This document shows, in pieces, positions 18,430-28,759 of a DNA stretch of 32,283 bases. Position 1 is the first letter of the stretch; the number at the start of each line of letters is the position of its first letter. The position numbers were made by a program, and so were the translations under genes. Source of the DNA: an uncultured virus (IMG/VR IMGVR_UViG_2061766007_001450). Its lineage: Duplodnaviria; Heunggongvirae; Uroviricota; Caudoviricetes. The stretch lies in IMG/VR virus record IMGVR_UViG_2061766007_001450; one strand, written 5' to 3'. Below the pieces are notes generated by a model. It did not search any database. It was not told the DNA's origin and saw only the letters and a program-made list of their open reading frames with translations.

Positions 18430-20097
18430 ATGTTTACTTGTCCTTGTCCAGCGGACGCTGCATTGCCTGACATTCCATGCGTGAAATGCCCTGAAAGGTT
18501 CGGGCAGATACAGAGGGTAATTTTTCAAAGGGTCAAAGCCGACAACAAAATGCTATTGTCGGAAGTTGATAATATTGCAGAATGGCAACGTTATTTAACT
18601 GCTAATGATGACACAAAGATTGTTGTTAGCCCTTATATCTACTCTCCTACACAAGAGACCGGCGCGCCCCGAACCTTTGGCGGCGGCAACGACAGTTTAA
18701 ATGGTGTTGAAGAAATTATAGGCAGAGAGCCGTCCACATTCACGGGGTCTCTCAGGAATGTCCCGCAATATATTATAGCAATAATCAAGGCAATACAATG
18801 CGAAGATGTTGGCGTCTATCTGATAGATGGAAATGGTAATATTGAGGGGCTACAAGAAGTAGATAATGACAATAATGAATGGGTAAAACCAATACCTATT
18901 AAGGCTTTATTTATCGGTGACAAGGTGCATGGTGGTATTGAGCGTCCAGATACTAATGTTATACAATGGACGTTTAACGCGAACTATTCAGATGATTTAA
19001 GGATAATTCCGATAAAATCATTTAGTATTTTGACGGATCTTTGCGTTACGTCACACGAAACATACGCACATATTCCAAATGTTGAGTCCGTGCGCAGGTT
19101 TATTACCTCTAATACATCGTCTATCATATTTGACTATTCGGATAGTCAGTCAACAAGCGGTTATTCACACTTGGGTTATGTTGATGCCGCAAATCTGATT
19201 AATGTGTGGGCAAGGAATAATGATATTATGTTTCTAAGCGAATTTGAAATATTTGCGCCTTACGACTGCAAGGGAATGTTTAAGCATTACAGCGTTTCAA
19301 GAATTGAATTTGTTAATTTTAACACTTCCAACACGTCGTATTTTACAGAAATGTTTGACAGTTGCGTTAATCTGACAGATATAAATATATCTTCATTTAA
19401 TACAGCCAAAGCGATAAATATGGGCAGAATGTTTGCAAATTGCGAAAGTTTAACATCATTAAATCTTTCGACTTTCAATACTGCCCGCGTGATAATTATG
19501 CAAGGTATGTTCAGCGGCTGCACAAATTTGGAAATACTTAATGTTTCCTCATTTAGTGTGTCAAAGGTAACAGATATGCAATATATGTTCGCATCGTGTC
19601 AAAATCTTCGCTCACTCAATCTCTCTAACTTCAATACATCTTCGGCACGAAATATGAAGGCGATGTTCGCAAATTGTACATCTTTGCAGTCATTAAATCT
19701 ATCTAATTTCAATACATTGATTGTGGTAGATTTTAGCGAAATGTTTATAAATTGCGCTACAATATCATCGCTCGACCTATCAACATTTAACACGTCTAAC
19801 GCATCGTATTTGTATGATATGTTCAGAGACTGCGCGAACCTGACAACATTAAATTTGGCAAGATTTAGAACACCTCGCGTCCTTGATATTCAAACAATGT
19901 TCGCCAATTGTCGCCGTCTTATAACTATTTACGCGCGCAATGATTGGAGTTTGACCAATGTCGAAGATAATGAAATGTTCGTCAATTGCATAAGGCTTGT
20001 AGGTGGCAATGGTACAACATACAGTTCAAGCCATATTGGCTCTGAATATGCAAAAATTGATAGGGCGGGAACGCCCGGTTACTTCACACAAATATAA
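18430..20097 (+). CDS. Tail-tube-like protein fused to eight 26-residue DUF285/BspA-like surface repeats
   Basis: N-terminal ~200 aa paralogous to 17172..18239; LxLSxFNTxxxxxMxxMFxxCxxL repeated 8 times; CIRLVGGNGT...GTPGYFT cap. Confidence 0.8.
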   Translation: MFTCPCPADAALPDIPCVKCPERFGQIQRVIFQRVKADNKMLLSEVDNIAEWQRYLTANDDTKIVVSPYIYSPTQETGAPRTFGGGNDSLNGVEEIIGREPSTFTGSLRNVPQYIIAIIKAIQCEDVGVYLIDGNGNIEGLQEVDNDNNEWVKPIPIKALFIGDKVHGGIERPDTNVIQWTFNANYSDDLRIIPIKSFSILTDLCVTSHETYAHIPNVESVRRFITSNTSSIIFDYSDSQSTSGYSHLGYVDAANLINVWARNNDIMFLSEFEIFAPYDCKGMFKHYSVSRIEFVNFNTSNTSYFTEMFDSCVNLTDINISSFNTAKAINMGRMFANCESLTSLNLSTFNTARVIIMQGMFSGCTNLEILNVSSFSVSKVTDMQYMFASCQNLRSLNLSNFNTSSARNMKAMFANCTSLQSLNLSNFNTLIVVDFSEMFINCATISSLDLSTFNTSNASYLYDMFRDCANLTTLNLARFRTPRVLDIQTMFANCRRLITIYARNDWSLTNVEDNEMFVNCIRLVGGNGTTYSSSHIGSEYAKIDRAGTPGYFTQI

Positions 20098-20100
20098 GTT

Positions 20101-20859
20101 ATGATTGCTGAATGTCTTTTGATTAAAAATGAAAATCGCTATTTGTTAGAGCATCTGACATATAACGCGGCAGCGGGTATCAACCATTTTTTCATTTACG
20201 ACAATTTGAGCGACACCCCCGTCGTCGATTATTTGCGCGAAAACGCCCGCGAATTTCTCAACATCTGCACAATAACGCGGTATCATTCTAACAACAATCT
20301 CCAACTTGATTGCTATGCAGATTATTTGAGGAAATACCGCAACGTTGATTGGACGGTGTTTTGCGATACGGACGAATGTTTCACGGGAAACATTCGCGAC
20401 GCGGTGGCGGAATACGGCGGCAATTATAATTGTCTGTCATTTTCTCCAATTTTGCACGGCTGCAACGGCAACATTTATGATAATGGCGGCGGAATGTTCG
20501 AGAGATTTGAAAGTGATGTTATTAATCCTGCACATCATTGGTATAAATTACTTTCTCGCACAAATAGCATTACCTTTCAGGGTGTACATGATAATAAAAT
20601 GATTTCGCAAAAAATTATTCGTGTTTCACGTGAAAATTGCCAATGCGTATTACATCATTTTCGTTTTCGCTCCTTTGAGGAATGGGTTGCGAAAATAAAA
20701 CGCGGCGTGGCGTTTAATTGCTCAAAAAATCAACACAAAATAAATGAATTTTTTGAATTTAACAGAAATTTGAGCGCAAATAATCCCGATGTAATATCTG
20801 TAATGAAACGTTACGACGTTACATTACAGACATTACAAACAATACCTGTTATTCTCTAA
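20101..20859 (+). CDS. GT-A fold glycosyltransferase (GT2_4/GT92-like)
   Basis: CLLIKNENRYL, GINHFFIYDN, WTVFCDTDE, LHHF motifs; contains parS-like sites at 20377-92 (15/16) and 20622-37 (14/16). Confidence 0.85.
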   Translation: MIAECLLIKNENRYLLEHLTYNAAAGINHFFIYDNLSDTPVVDYLRENAREFLNICTITRYHSNNNLQLDCYADYLRKYRNVDWTVFCDTDECFTGNIRDAVAEYGGNYNCLSFSPILHGCNGNIYDNGGGMFERFESDVINPAHHWYKLLSRTNSITFQGVHDNKMISQKIIRVSRENCQCVLHHFRFRSFEEWVAKIKRGVAFNCSKNQHKINEFFEFNRNLSANNPDVISVMKRYDVTLQTLQTIPVIL

Positions 20860-21648
20860 AAACTTGTTTTAGGGAATACTCCAACCGATGACTTTATTAT
20901 TGAATATGTGGCTGTCGGAGGTACATTCCATGTCGTTAAATATGGAGATGATGGAAGCATCTCATCAATAACGACCGTTCTGTCATGGGCAATATCAATG
21001 GCTATCGCATTTGTTGTTTCAATTCCGCCCGCGTCAATATTCCACGCCTGCTTTATTTTGTAATAACCAGACGGTATATCATCGAATGTGGCTGGAGTTG
21101 CCGAACTTTTATCAACCCATCCGAAAGTATAATAACCTGCTCTATTAACGCCCTGAATACGCAGGTATATAAAATGTTCGTAAAGTTGGTCTCCGCCACC
21201 GCCACCGCCGCNNNNNNNNNNNNNNNNNNNNNNNNNNNTCATCCATATCATTAAGGGCATCAGTTATAACTCTATTTTCAACGGGATTGGTACTTGTATC
21301 GCTTAATGCAGGGTCAACGTTGACAATGCCGCCGCCGGACAATCTCGCAATAACGTCCATAAACCATCCACCTCGGCTATTGTAAAATACAACGATTTCA
21401 CCAGCCTCAACGGTATATCCTGCAAAATTAACATACGTGCCGGGTGTTGATGCTAAGTAAAATACAGATTGGTCGGTTATTCCGGGGTTGGTAGATGGAA
21501 TGGCGACACCTGCATACAAAGAATAACGTCCAATGCTATTGAGCATAGACACCAAAACATCTTGCAACAATTGACCCGTAATGGCTTTAACTCCATTCTG
21601 TTTTATTGCAAGTTTGACCGACGCGATTAATTCAGAATAATTTGCCAT
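20856..21648 (-). CDS. Putative receptor-binding/tail fibre protein (frame broken by gap 21212-21238)
   Basis: N-terminus MANYSELIASVKLAIKQNG..ITGQLLQDVL typical of Bacteroidota phage fibre anchors; VDPALSDTSTNPVENRVI motif, poly-Gly linker, small C-terminal domain; last gene of the tail operon. Confidence 0.6.
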
Positions 21649-21670
21649 AGTGTTACATTTTTTGTTTTTG

Positions 21671-21701
21671 CAAAAATATATTATTTTCTCTAAATCTCAA
21701 A
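21671..21701 (-). promoter_or_regulatory. Possible internal sigma-A promoter
   Basis: TTTG-N19-TATTTTTG on the minus strand upstream of ATG 21648. Confidence 0.5.
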
Positions 21702-21702
21702 A

Positions 21703-22626
21703 TTAATTTGAGTAATCGTCGTTAAAATCGTCATTAAAATCTCCCATATCTGTTAGTAGTGTGGGTATTTTCTTGACAATCGTATTTGTTTTAAACTCAC
21801 ATTCGACACTTGCCAAATTGCCTTGTACAAGCCATTTCGGGGTCATTAAAAATGACGTGCATTTATAGGCGACGCCGTAGGGGTCATAAACATTAACAAC
21901 ATCTGACAACCTTATCAACTGCATAACATCGCATAAAAATTCAGGTGCCACGAAAACGAAACGATAAACCTTTTCTGCTAACTGTACCGTCGGGAAAAAA
22001 TAACCATCTCTATCTTCACCCTCTTCGTTGAAGACGTAGTCAGGCTTGCCCAATTCCGTCGCAATGTAGATAGTTCGTCTTACAATATTCTTTGTGGTCT
22101 TGTACACGATAACTCCGCTATCAGTGCGCAAATTATTCACGTCGTACCATTCTAATTTTAAGAAGTTAGACGTTGGGTTAACCCAAGTAAAAACTTCCGA
22201 ATAGAGTTCTATTGTGGTGCGGGGCGCGCCAACATAAGCATTGTAAGCATAGTTGACAACTAAGTAATATCTTCCTTGCCCAACTTGATATAAATAATGT
22301 GGCAGAGATAATGCCGCCGTAGAGGCATAAACAATAGCACCGCTATAATCTCCTTGCGCAAAGTTTCCCAACAGCACAATTTCAAAGCCGGTGCTTGTCA
22401 TTGCATCCTGAGGCAATTGCCATACCAACCTATTCGTTTCAAATTCAAACAGTCTAAATATTGCTGCCGCACCAAGGGCTGACGGCACATTTATCTGAAA
22501 TTGCAATATGCGTCCGTATGGCGCATATAACGGATATACATCGCCATAAGAATATGGTTTGTTATGATTTTGTTTACTCCTGCTGTCGTAAAACGGCAAC
22601 ACGGAATTGTTGTTGTTATTATTCAT
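21703..22626 (-). CDS. Tail tip/baseplate protein
   Basis: 307 aa, second gene after tape measure, ends GDFNDDFNDDY. Confidence 0.65.
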   Translation of the reverse strand: MNNNNNNSVLPFYDSRSKQNHNKPYSYGDVYPLYAPYGRILQFQINVPSALGAAAIFRLFEFETNRLVWQLPQDAMTSTGFEIVLLGNFAQGDYSGAIVYASTAALSLPHYLYQVGQGRYYLVVNYAYNAYVGAPRTTIELYSEVFTWVNPTSNFLKLEWYDVNNLRTDSGVIVYKTTKNIVRRTIYIATELGKPDYVFNEEGEDRDGYFFPTVQLAEKVYRFVFVAPEFLCDVMQLIRLSDVVNVYDPYGVAYKCTSFLMTPKWLVQGNLASVECEFKTNTIVKKIPTLLTDMGDFNDDFNDDYSN

Positions 22627-24725
22627 TCGTTAGGGTATTTAAGTTTTATTTTTACACTCTGATTAACAATGTTATTTGTGACGCTATCCACAGCACCGTC
22701 GCCCACATTCGTAGTTATGTGTTTGATAGGGTCAACATCTTGCGCGGGAAATGTTACGTCGTTATATTTGGTGCGCACGTAGTCAACGTGTTGGTGTAGA
22801 ATACCCGACGCGCGAACCCTATCGCACGGCGCGTTATATAATAACACTCCCGGCTGTAATCTCCACATCGCTAACTCACCATTTGCCGCTCTCCACATTG
22901 CGCCCGGAAACTCGTCCCGTGTGAATTGCGTGTAATCAGTCTGCGCACCGTCGGCAAGAAATATTACAGCCAACCCATCAAGGCTGATTTCGTCGGTCTG
23001 CATAATCATTGCATTGATGTTACTTGTAATATTCATTATTGTTATCTCCTCGGTGCGTCCCTTTTGCACATAATTCGACATACATTGAAATCCGCTGCCG
23101 TCAAAAAAATCGTCGGTTGCATCCATCCATTGCCACTTGACAAATTCGGGCATTTGGTATTTCTCAAATTGATATTCATTCTGACCGTATGCGTATGACT
23201 TGCCATTTCGCGGCGCAACTAATTGCGTTAAATCAAAAGACGTTGCAGGTGTGCCGCTATATGTGCCGCCCTTTTTATAATATGAAATATGTTCCAATTT
23301 CAAGTCGCCGCCGTCCATACTCCAATAAACGTTTAAAGCGTTTTTGAGGAAATTAAATAAAGTGTTGAGAGTACACGGTATTTTGGACGCGGGTTCGGTG
23401 GCTCTCGGATTAATGACATTGGATTTTGCCGTGAAAACGATTTTAAACCCACTCTGCCAACCTGATACGGGCGGTGTCGCGCTGTACAGGAATTGCGAAT
23501 AATAGTCCGACGGATAAAAGGCGTATGATAACCCTAATGCCGTTTTGAACGCCCGCAAAAGGTCGGATATTTCGTAACAATATTTGATGCTGAGGCTGTC
23601 ACTCGTTAAGTCAATATCCTGAGACTGCGACCTCTTAATCCTTATCCACGCGGAAAACCTTTCAGACCAATAATTTTGCATTATCGGCAAGTAAGAATAG
23701 GTACTATCGGCGGGGTGGTAGTAATATGTTCCCGTCGGTGCGCCATTAATGTAAACTTCACCGTATTTTGTGGCATAATTGACGAAATTTGTTGCCAAAA
23801 CAACGTCGATGCCTTTTGTCAAGTCAAGCGGAGAAGCATAGCGGTACGCGGTACTGATTTGGGCAAACGTTCCAATCTCGGTTGCGCCGTGATTGCCTTG
23901 AATTGTCCTTACGTATAATTCGACGACGCCCAAATGAATATAACAAACAAGTTGCCCATCATCATCAATTACACCATCATTTGCAGAGCCTTGGAACGTG
24001 CCAAGGCTTGTGCCGCCTTGGAATAATTCCGCCGATTTGTAACCCGATTCCGTTATTGTCAAATCCAAAGTGTACGTACCATCTGTTAGTGTTAGATTTA
24101 CACTTTGCCCATACTGACGTACAAACGCCGTCGGCGGAAACTCTGCCGTTATTCCACTTGTTAACGTCACATCACAATAGCCGAAAGTGTTATAAAATGA
24201 AATGTCAAGCAAAGCACTGCGCGAAATACTATCATCTACTTCCGTACTCCATGTCATTCCTTGCCAATAATTCAAAACAAAATTTTGTCGTAACTGATAG
24301 AATTGCACCACGGCGGGAATGGGTATTTTGGCGACGGTGGTAGGGATTGCATAGTCGGCGAGATTAATTTCTCTGTCAAGGCTGCTCAATATATCATTAT
24401 ATTTGTCAGACACCTCTGGCGTTACTGAAATTATTTTATCGACTTCATTTATTGTACAATTAGTCCGCGCGAATGTGCCATTCCAACTAAATGTTGTCAC
24501 GCCGTTATCATAGACGCTTATATGCAACGAAATTAAAGCATCGAAACCACGCGACATTATCCACGTGTAATCGGCATCAACAAATTTTAGAGCCGTTGAC
24601 AATTTGCTACGGAAAAAGATTTGACTTTGTTCTCGCTCTGTCGTGATGCCAAAATCATTTCCGTATATCGGGTGCGCTGTCTGCGCGTCGTTGCCGTCTA
24701 TTAACACAAATGCAATCTCTCTCAT
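22623..24725 (-). CDS. Minor tail (hub/baseplate) protein
   Basis: 700 aa, beta-rich, immediately downstream of tape measure. Confidence 0.7.
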   Translation of the reverse strand: MREIAFVLIDGNDAQTAHPIYGNDFGITTEREQSQIFFRSKLSTALKFVDADYTWIMSRGFDALISLHISVYDNGVTTFSWNGTFARTNCTINEVDKIISVTPEVSDKYNDILSSLDREINLADYAIPTTVAKIPIPAVVQFYQLRQNFVLNYWQGMTWSTEVDDSISRSALLDISFYNTFGYCDVTLTSGITAEFPPTAFVRQYGQSVNLTLTDGTYTLDLTITESGYKSAELFQGGTSLGTFQGSANDGVIDDDGQLVCYIHLGVVELYVRTIQGNHGATEIGTFAQISTAYRYASPLDLTKGIDVVLATNFVNYATKYGEVYINGAPTGTYYYHPADSTYSYLPIMQNYWSERFSAWIRIKRSQSQDIDLTSDSLSIKYCYEISDLLRAFKTALGLSYAFYPSDYYSQFLYSATPPVSGWQSGFKIVFTAKSNVINPRATEPASKIPCTLNTLFNFLKNALNVYWSMDGGDLKLEHISYYKKGGTYSGTPATSFDLTQLVAPRNGKSYAYGQNEYQFEKYQMPEFVKWQWMDATDDFFDGSGFQCMSNYVQKGRTEEITIMNITSNINAMIMQTDEISLDGLAVIFLADGAQTDYTQFTRDEFPGAMWRAANGELAMWRLQPGVLLYNAPCDRVRASGILHQHVDYVRTKYNDVTFPAQDVDPIKHITTNVGDGAVDSVTNNIVNQSVKIKLKYPNE

Positions 24726-24727
24726 GT

Positions 24728-24743
24728 TGTTTCACGTGAAATT
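24728..24743. promoter_or_regulatory. parS: parS-like palindrome TGTTTCACGTGAAATT (14/16)
   Basis: Makes up nearly all of the 16-bp spacer between the tape-measure stop and the next ATG. Confidence 0.7.
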
Positions 24744-27700
24744 ATTGTTTTCTTATTCGGCGGGTGCAATTCTTGTACACTTCAACCAACATTCCGTTGT
24801 CGGTGTAGCATCGTGTTTCGCCTTGCTTTTTTATCGCCCTTACATCGTCGGCAAGCCCTGAAATGTCGGGACTTTCGCCGCCGACAAAAGTCGTTAGGGC
24901 TTTATCATCTGCCTTGATGACATTTTCTAAATTGCCGCTGTTAATGCTGTTTATTAATGACGGAATTACAGAGCGATAACGGCGCGAATTTCTCTTATTG
25001 ATAACGGCAAAAAACTCGCCGCCCTCGGCTCTGCGCCTTGTGCCGTCGGGTTTAGTTCCCAAATCAATATCGTTGCCGCTTGCATGGCTGCCGCCGTGTA
25101 ACATCTCTACCGTACCCTCGCCGTACTGCTCTGATTTTGTCATCTGCATTGATTTTATTTTTGCCGCCGCGAATGACGCCCACATTACAGCCACAGCCGG
25201 AATTGCATAAGGAAAACCAAGTTGCGCCCAAATCTTTGCCGACGCTGTAACAAGATTGCCCGCTTGTTGCAAGGTCTGAATGGCGGCTTGCCTTTTCTGC
25301 GCTTTCTCCTGCTCTTTTAAGGCTTTTTCTTGGTTGTTTTTCGCCATATCCAACTCCTTTTGAGCCGTTGCGACATTGTTGGCATACCCTTTCTCGCGGA
25401 GTTCAATTTCTTTATCCAACGCCTTTTGTGCGGCATCAACCTCTTTTTCAGATTCCGCCACCTTAGCATCTGCCGCCGCCGTGTACGCCTCGAAATAGGA
25501 ATTAAGTTGCTCTTTTGCGAATTCGATAGAACTATTAATGCCCTCACGCGTATCATCGTCGAGTTCCAGCCCGAAAAGGTCATAAATGTTGTCAATCTTG
25601 GGGCGGTCGAGTTCGTCTTGCAACCGCTGTATTGTGTTACGCATTGTCTGCTCCTCGATGTCGCTCATCTTATTGTTTGCAATAGCGTTTAGTTCGAGTA
25701 TTTTTTCAAGGCGTTCTTTTTCCGCTTTTATTCTGAAATCATTTTTTGCCCTCTCTGATTTTTTAAGCAAATCAAATTCAGACTGCGCCAAGGCTTGTTG
25801 GCTGTCAAATATCGCCAACTGCTCTTTCAGATATTTGTCGGCGATTTCACCCTTTTTGATGTCAAACGCCGCCGAAATATCCGCCTTTTGCGTTTCGGGG
25901 GCTTTCGTCAATGCAATTTCACGTGAAACATCATTCAACGCCAACATCAATTTTTTCTCATCTTCGCTGCCCGCCTTGACGGTCTGCAATTTAAGTTCTA
26001 ATGCTTGTTTTTGAAGTTCGAGTTCCTTGCGGTATCTATCCTCTTCGATTTTGATAATTTCATCAGTCTGCTTTTTTTCCAATGCCGCAATGGTGGCGTT
26101 GATGTTTTCGCGCGCCGTTTCCGTCAAGTCTTTTTGCGTTTCCAACGTGTGTTTTAAATCTTCGATTTGCCGTGTATAATAGAGATTTGTCTTTATTGTT
26201 TTTTGCTGCCAACTATCCTCTATTAACTGTAATTGCGCGTCCTCTGCGGTACGCCTTGCCGACAATTCCGCGCGGTATGCTCTTTCCGCGTCCTGCTGCG
26301 CCTTTTGCTGTGCTTTTTCGCGCTCGGCGGCAAATTTCTTTTGCGTTTCCTGATATTTTTTGAGTGCCTTTGCGTATTCCTCGGCCTCATCTTCAATATC
26401 CAAATCATACTCCTTGCCGCCAAGTTTTTTGATATTCATTCCCTTTGTGCCGCCTGCGCCTTGTCCCGTTGCGGTCGTGCCGCTCTTGGTTGCGCCGCCC
26501 TTTGCCTTTTCCTCGTCGGTTTGCGGGGTGAGATTAACGTTTTGGATTGTTGCCTCGGCTTCTTTGTAGTTATTGACAACCGCGTTAACGGTTGTCTTAA
26601 CTTGGTCGGCGAGGGAATTTAACGCCCTATTCCAACCCTCTTTGATTTTGTCCCAATCGAATGATAAAACGCCCACAACCAATTCGCCCAAACCAAACAA
26701 GGCTTTTGCGACGTTCTTGATTGCAGAAATGACGATTTCAAAGTTGGTTTTGACGGAAAAAGTAATAGCGGCGATTGCTGACCTAAAATCCTCTGAGGTT
26801 TCCCACAACTCGGAAAAATACTCTTTTACTTCCTTGTATGTTGATGCAACTTCGCGGATAACCATTGTGAGCCACTGCACCACGCTGCGCAATATGCCTT
26901 GCCCCTCGTTGATTTCGAGCATAAAGTCGTCCCACGCGCTGCCAAGGCTCTTGATGTCGCCCTCCAAATTGTCGCCCATCACCTCGGACATTTCTTTCGC
27001 TGTGCCGGTCGTATCATTGAGCGCGTCGCGTAACTCCAAAACATCGCCTGCGCCTTTCAAAAACGTGTTAAACGCTGCGACGGAGCGTTTGTCGGATAGT
27101 TCCAATGATTTTGCAAGGTCTATGCCCTCCGCGTCAAGTTGTTGCAGACCTGCAACTAAATCATTCAAGTTTTTGACGGGGTGTCCTATTGATTTTGCAA
27201 GGTCGCCGTTTGCATCTGCAAGATTTAACAAGATATTGCGTGTCGCTGTCGCCGCCGAACTTGCATCAAAACCCGCATTGGCAAGTTGCCCTAACAATGC
27301 CAAAACGTCCTCTATGTTAAAGCCAAAGGCATTTGCCACGGGGGACACTTGGCTTAATGCCGTATCAAGGTAACTGAATGATAATGCCGACTTCGTGGTT
27401 GATGCCGCCAATTTGTCCACAAACTCCTGAGTATCGGTTGTATCTTTCTGAAACATTCTTAATGCCGCGCCCGTCATACTTGACGCGTCGGCAAGGCTCG
27501 CGCCAGTGGCTTGTGCGAAATATAACACGTTTTCGGTCATATTCTTAATATCGCCTTGACTGTAACCGAGTTTTGCCAATTCTGTTTGAAGTTGGATTAC
27601 CTCGGTGGCGGTGTAGGTAGTGGTCGCGCCAAGTTGCCGCGCTTGGTCGGTCAATTCTTTTAAACCATCTTTCGTGCTGCCCGTGATTGATTGTAATGTA

Positions 27701-28449
27701 GATACAGCCTTTTGATAGTCTCTCGCCGTATCAATGCCGCTAATCATTGCGGTCGTGAAACCACCAACGGCGGCAACCGCCAAACCCATCGGTCCTGCGC
27801 CTGCCGCTAATGNNNNNNNNNNNNNNNNNNNNNNNNNGCTTGCCAACTGTCCGACGTTGCCGCTCAATCCTTTCATTGCCTTGCCTAAGCCGTCCAATGC
27901 GCTTTGATAGTTACCGACATTTAATTGATGCTGCCCTGTCTCGGCTTGCATCCGTTTCATCGCGTCATAAAGTGCGTTTGTTTTGCTGATTAATTGCTCT
28001 GATTTTTCCGCCGCGTCCCTCTCGGCTTGGCTCATAGCATTGATACGAATTTTGTTCAATGCGTATTGAGCTGACAAAGCGTTAAAACTGCCCGCCGTGG
28101 CATTTGCTAATTTCGCGGTCAGTTTTTCGATGCGATTTTGTTCCTGCTGTTGTAATTTGAGTTCGAGTAACGCCTTTGTATTTTGCTGCTCGGCGGCTGT
28201 AACCTTTTTTTGTTCCGCCGTCAATTTCTCCGCCGCCGCTGCTGCCTCATTGATGGTCTTTCGTCCCTCGTCCGTTGCACCCGACGCACCTTTAAGCGAT
28301 GCAGTCACTTGCAACGCCTGCTCTTTGAGTTTTGCGGCGGTATCAGAATACACCTTTTGCAAATCCTCTAATTGTTTAATCAAGTCCGAAATCGAATTGT
28401 CGGGCTTGATTAAGTCGGAGTATTTTATAGGGTTCGGCTGCTCATTCAT
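24742..28449 (-). CDS. Tail tape measure protein (TP901-type core)
   Basis: 1235 aa, helical and Ala-rich; ARQLGATTTYTATEV...GDNLEGDIKSLGSAWD core; parS-like AATTTCACGTGAAACA at 25915-30. Confidence 0.92.
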   Translation of the reverse strand: MNEQPNPIKYSDLIKPDNSISDLIKQLEDLQKVYSDTAAKLKEQALQVTASLKGASGATDEGRKTINEAAAAAEKLTAEQKKVTAAEQQNTKALLELKLQQQEQNRIEKLTAKLANATAGSFNALSAQYALNKIRINAMSQAERDAAEKSEQLISKTNALYDAMKRMQAETGQHQLNVGNYQSALDGLGKAMKGLSGNVGQLASXXXXXXXXXLAAGAGPMGLAVAAVGGFTTAMISGIDTARDYQKAVSTLQSITGSTKDGLKELTDQARQLGATTTYTATEVIQLQTELAKLGYSQGDIKNMTENVLYFAQATGASLADASSMTGAALRMFQKDTTDTQEFVDKLAASTTKSALSFSYLDTALSQVSPVANAFGFNIEDVLALLGQLANAGFDASSAATATRNILLNLADANGDLAKSIGHPVKNLNDLVAGLQQLDAEGIDLAKSLELSDKRSVAAFNTFLKGAGDVLELRDALNDTTGTAKEMSEVMGDNLEGDIKSLGSAWDDFMLEINEGQGILRSVVQWLTMVIREVASTYKEVKEYFSELWETSEDFRSAIAAITFSVKTNFEIVISAIKNVAKALFGLGELVVGVLSFDWDKIKEGWNRALNSLADQVKTTVNAVVNNYKEAEATIQNVNLTPQTDEEKAKGGATKSGTTATGQGAGGTKGMNIKKLGGKEYDLDIEDEAEEYAKALKKYQETQKKFAAEREKAQQKAQQDAERAYRAELSARRTAEDAQLQLIEDSWQQKTIKTNLYYTRQIEDLKHTLETQKDLTETARENINATIAALEKKQTDEIIKIEEDRYRKELELQKQALELKLQTVKAGSEDEKKLMLALNDVSREIALTKAPETQKADISAAFDIKKGEIADKYLKEQLAIFDSQQALAQSEFDLLKKSERAKNDFRIKAEKERLEKILELNAIANNKMSDIEEQTMRNTIQRLQDELDRPKIDNIYDLFGLELDDDTREGINSSIEFAKEQLNSYFEAYTAAADAKVAESEKEVDAAQKALDKEIELREKGYANNVATAQKELDMAKNNQEKALKEQEKAQKRQAAIQTLQQAGNLVTASAKIWAQLGFPYAIPAVAVMWASFAAAKIKSMQMTKSEQYGEGTVEMLHGGSHASGNDIDLGTKPDGTRRRAEGGEFFAVINKRNSRRYRSVIPSLINSINSGNLENVIKADDKALTTFVGGESPDISGLADDVRAIKKQGETRCYTDNGMLVEVYKNCTRRIRKQ

Positions 28450-28724
28450 TTCTCTAACTCTATTAATTTATGTTCGATTACTTCCAATATTCGTGAAAAC
28501 CTCGCCAATGCGTCCGTGTTGTCGCTCAATGCCTTGACTAATGCACTGTTAGCGTTTTGCAAATGTTCAATATATTGCGTGGTTAACACGGCGTTGTTTT
28601 TCTCCCTTATCTTCATTTCGTCGAGTAACTTCCGCCCAAACCAAACTATACAAAGGAATAGTACAACGCTAACCGCTACGGGGTAAGCAAGGTTTTGAAA
28701 TATTGATATTGTCGTTTCTTCCAT
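28446..28724 (-). CDS. Holin-like small membrane protein
   Basis: One N-terminal TM helix plus coiled coil (BhlA/UviB-like architecture). Confidence 0.5.
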   Translation of the reverse strand: MEETTISIFQNLAYPVAVSVVLFLCIVWFGRKLLDEMKIREKNNAVLTTQYIEHLQNANSALVKALSDNTDALARFSRILEVIEHKLIELEK

Positions 28725-28731
28725 AACGCCA

Positions 28732-28757
28732 CAAATATAAATGTTTCACGTGAAAAA
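28732..28757 (-). promoter_or_regulatory. parS: -7 element TATATTTG with adjacent parS-like site TGTTTCACGTGAAAAA (28742-57)
   Basis: 15/16 match; same layout as 3727-3752. Confidence 0.7.
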
Positions 28758-28759
28758 AC

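Noticed and set aside
24998..28537. Plus-strand ORFs opposite the tape measure gene and similar shadow or N-filled ORFs
   Set aside because: Antisense shadows of real genes or artefacts of N runs, with no motifs.
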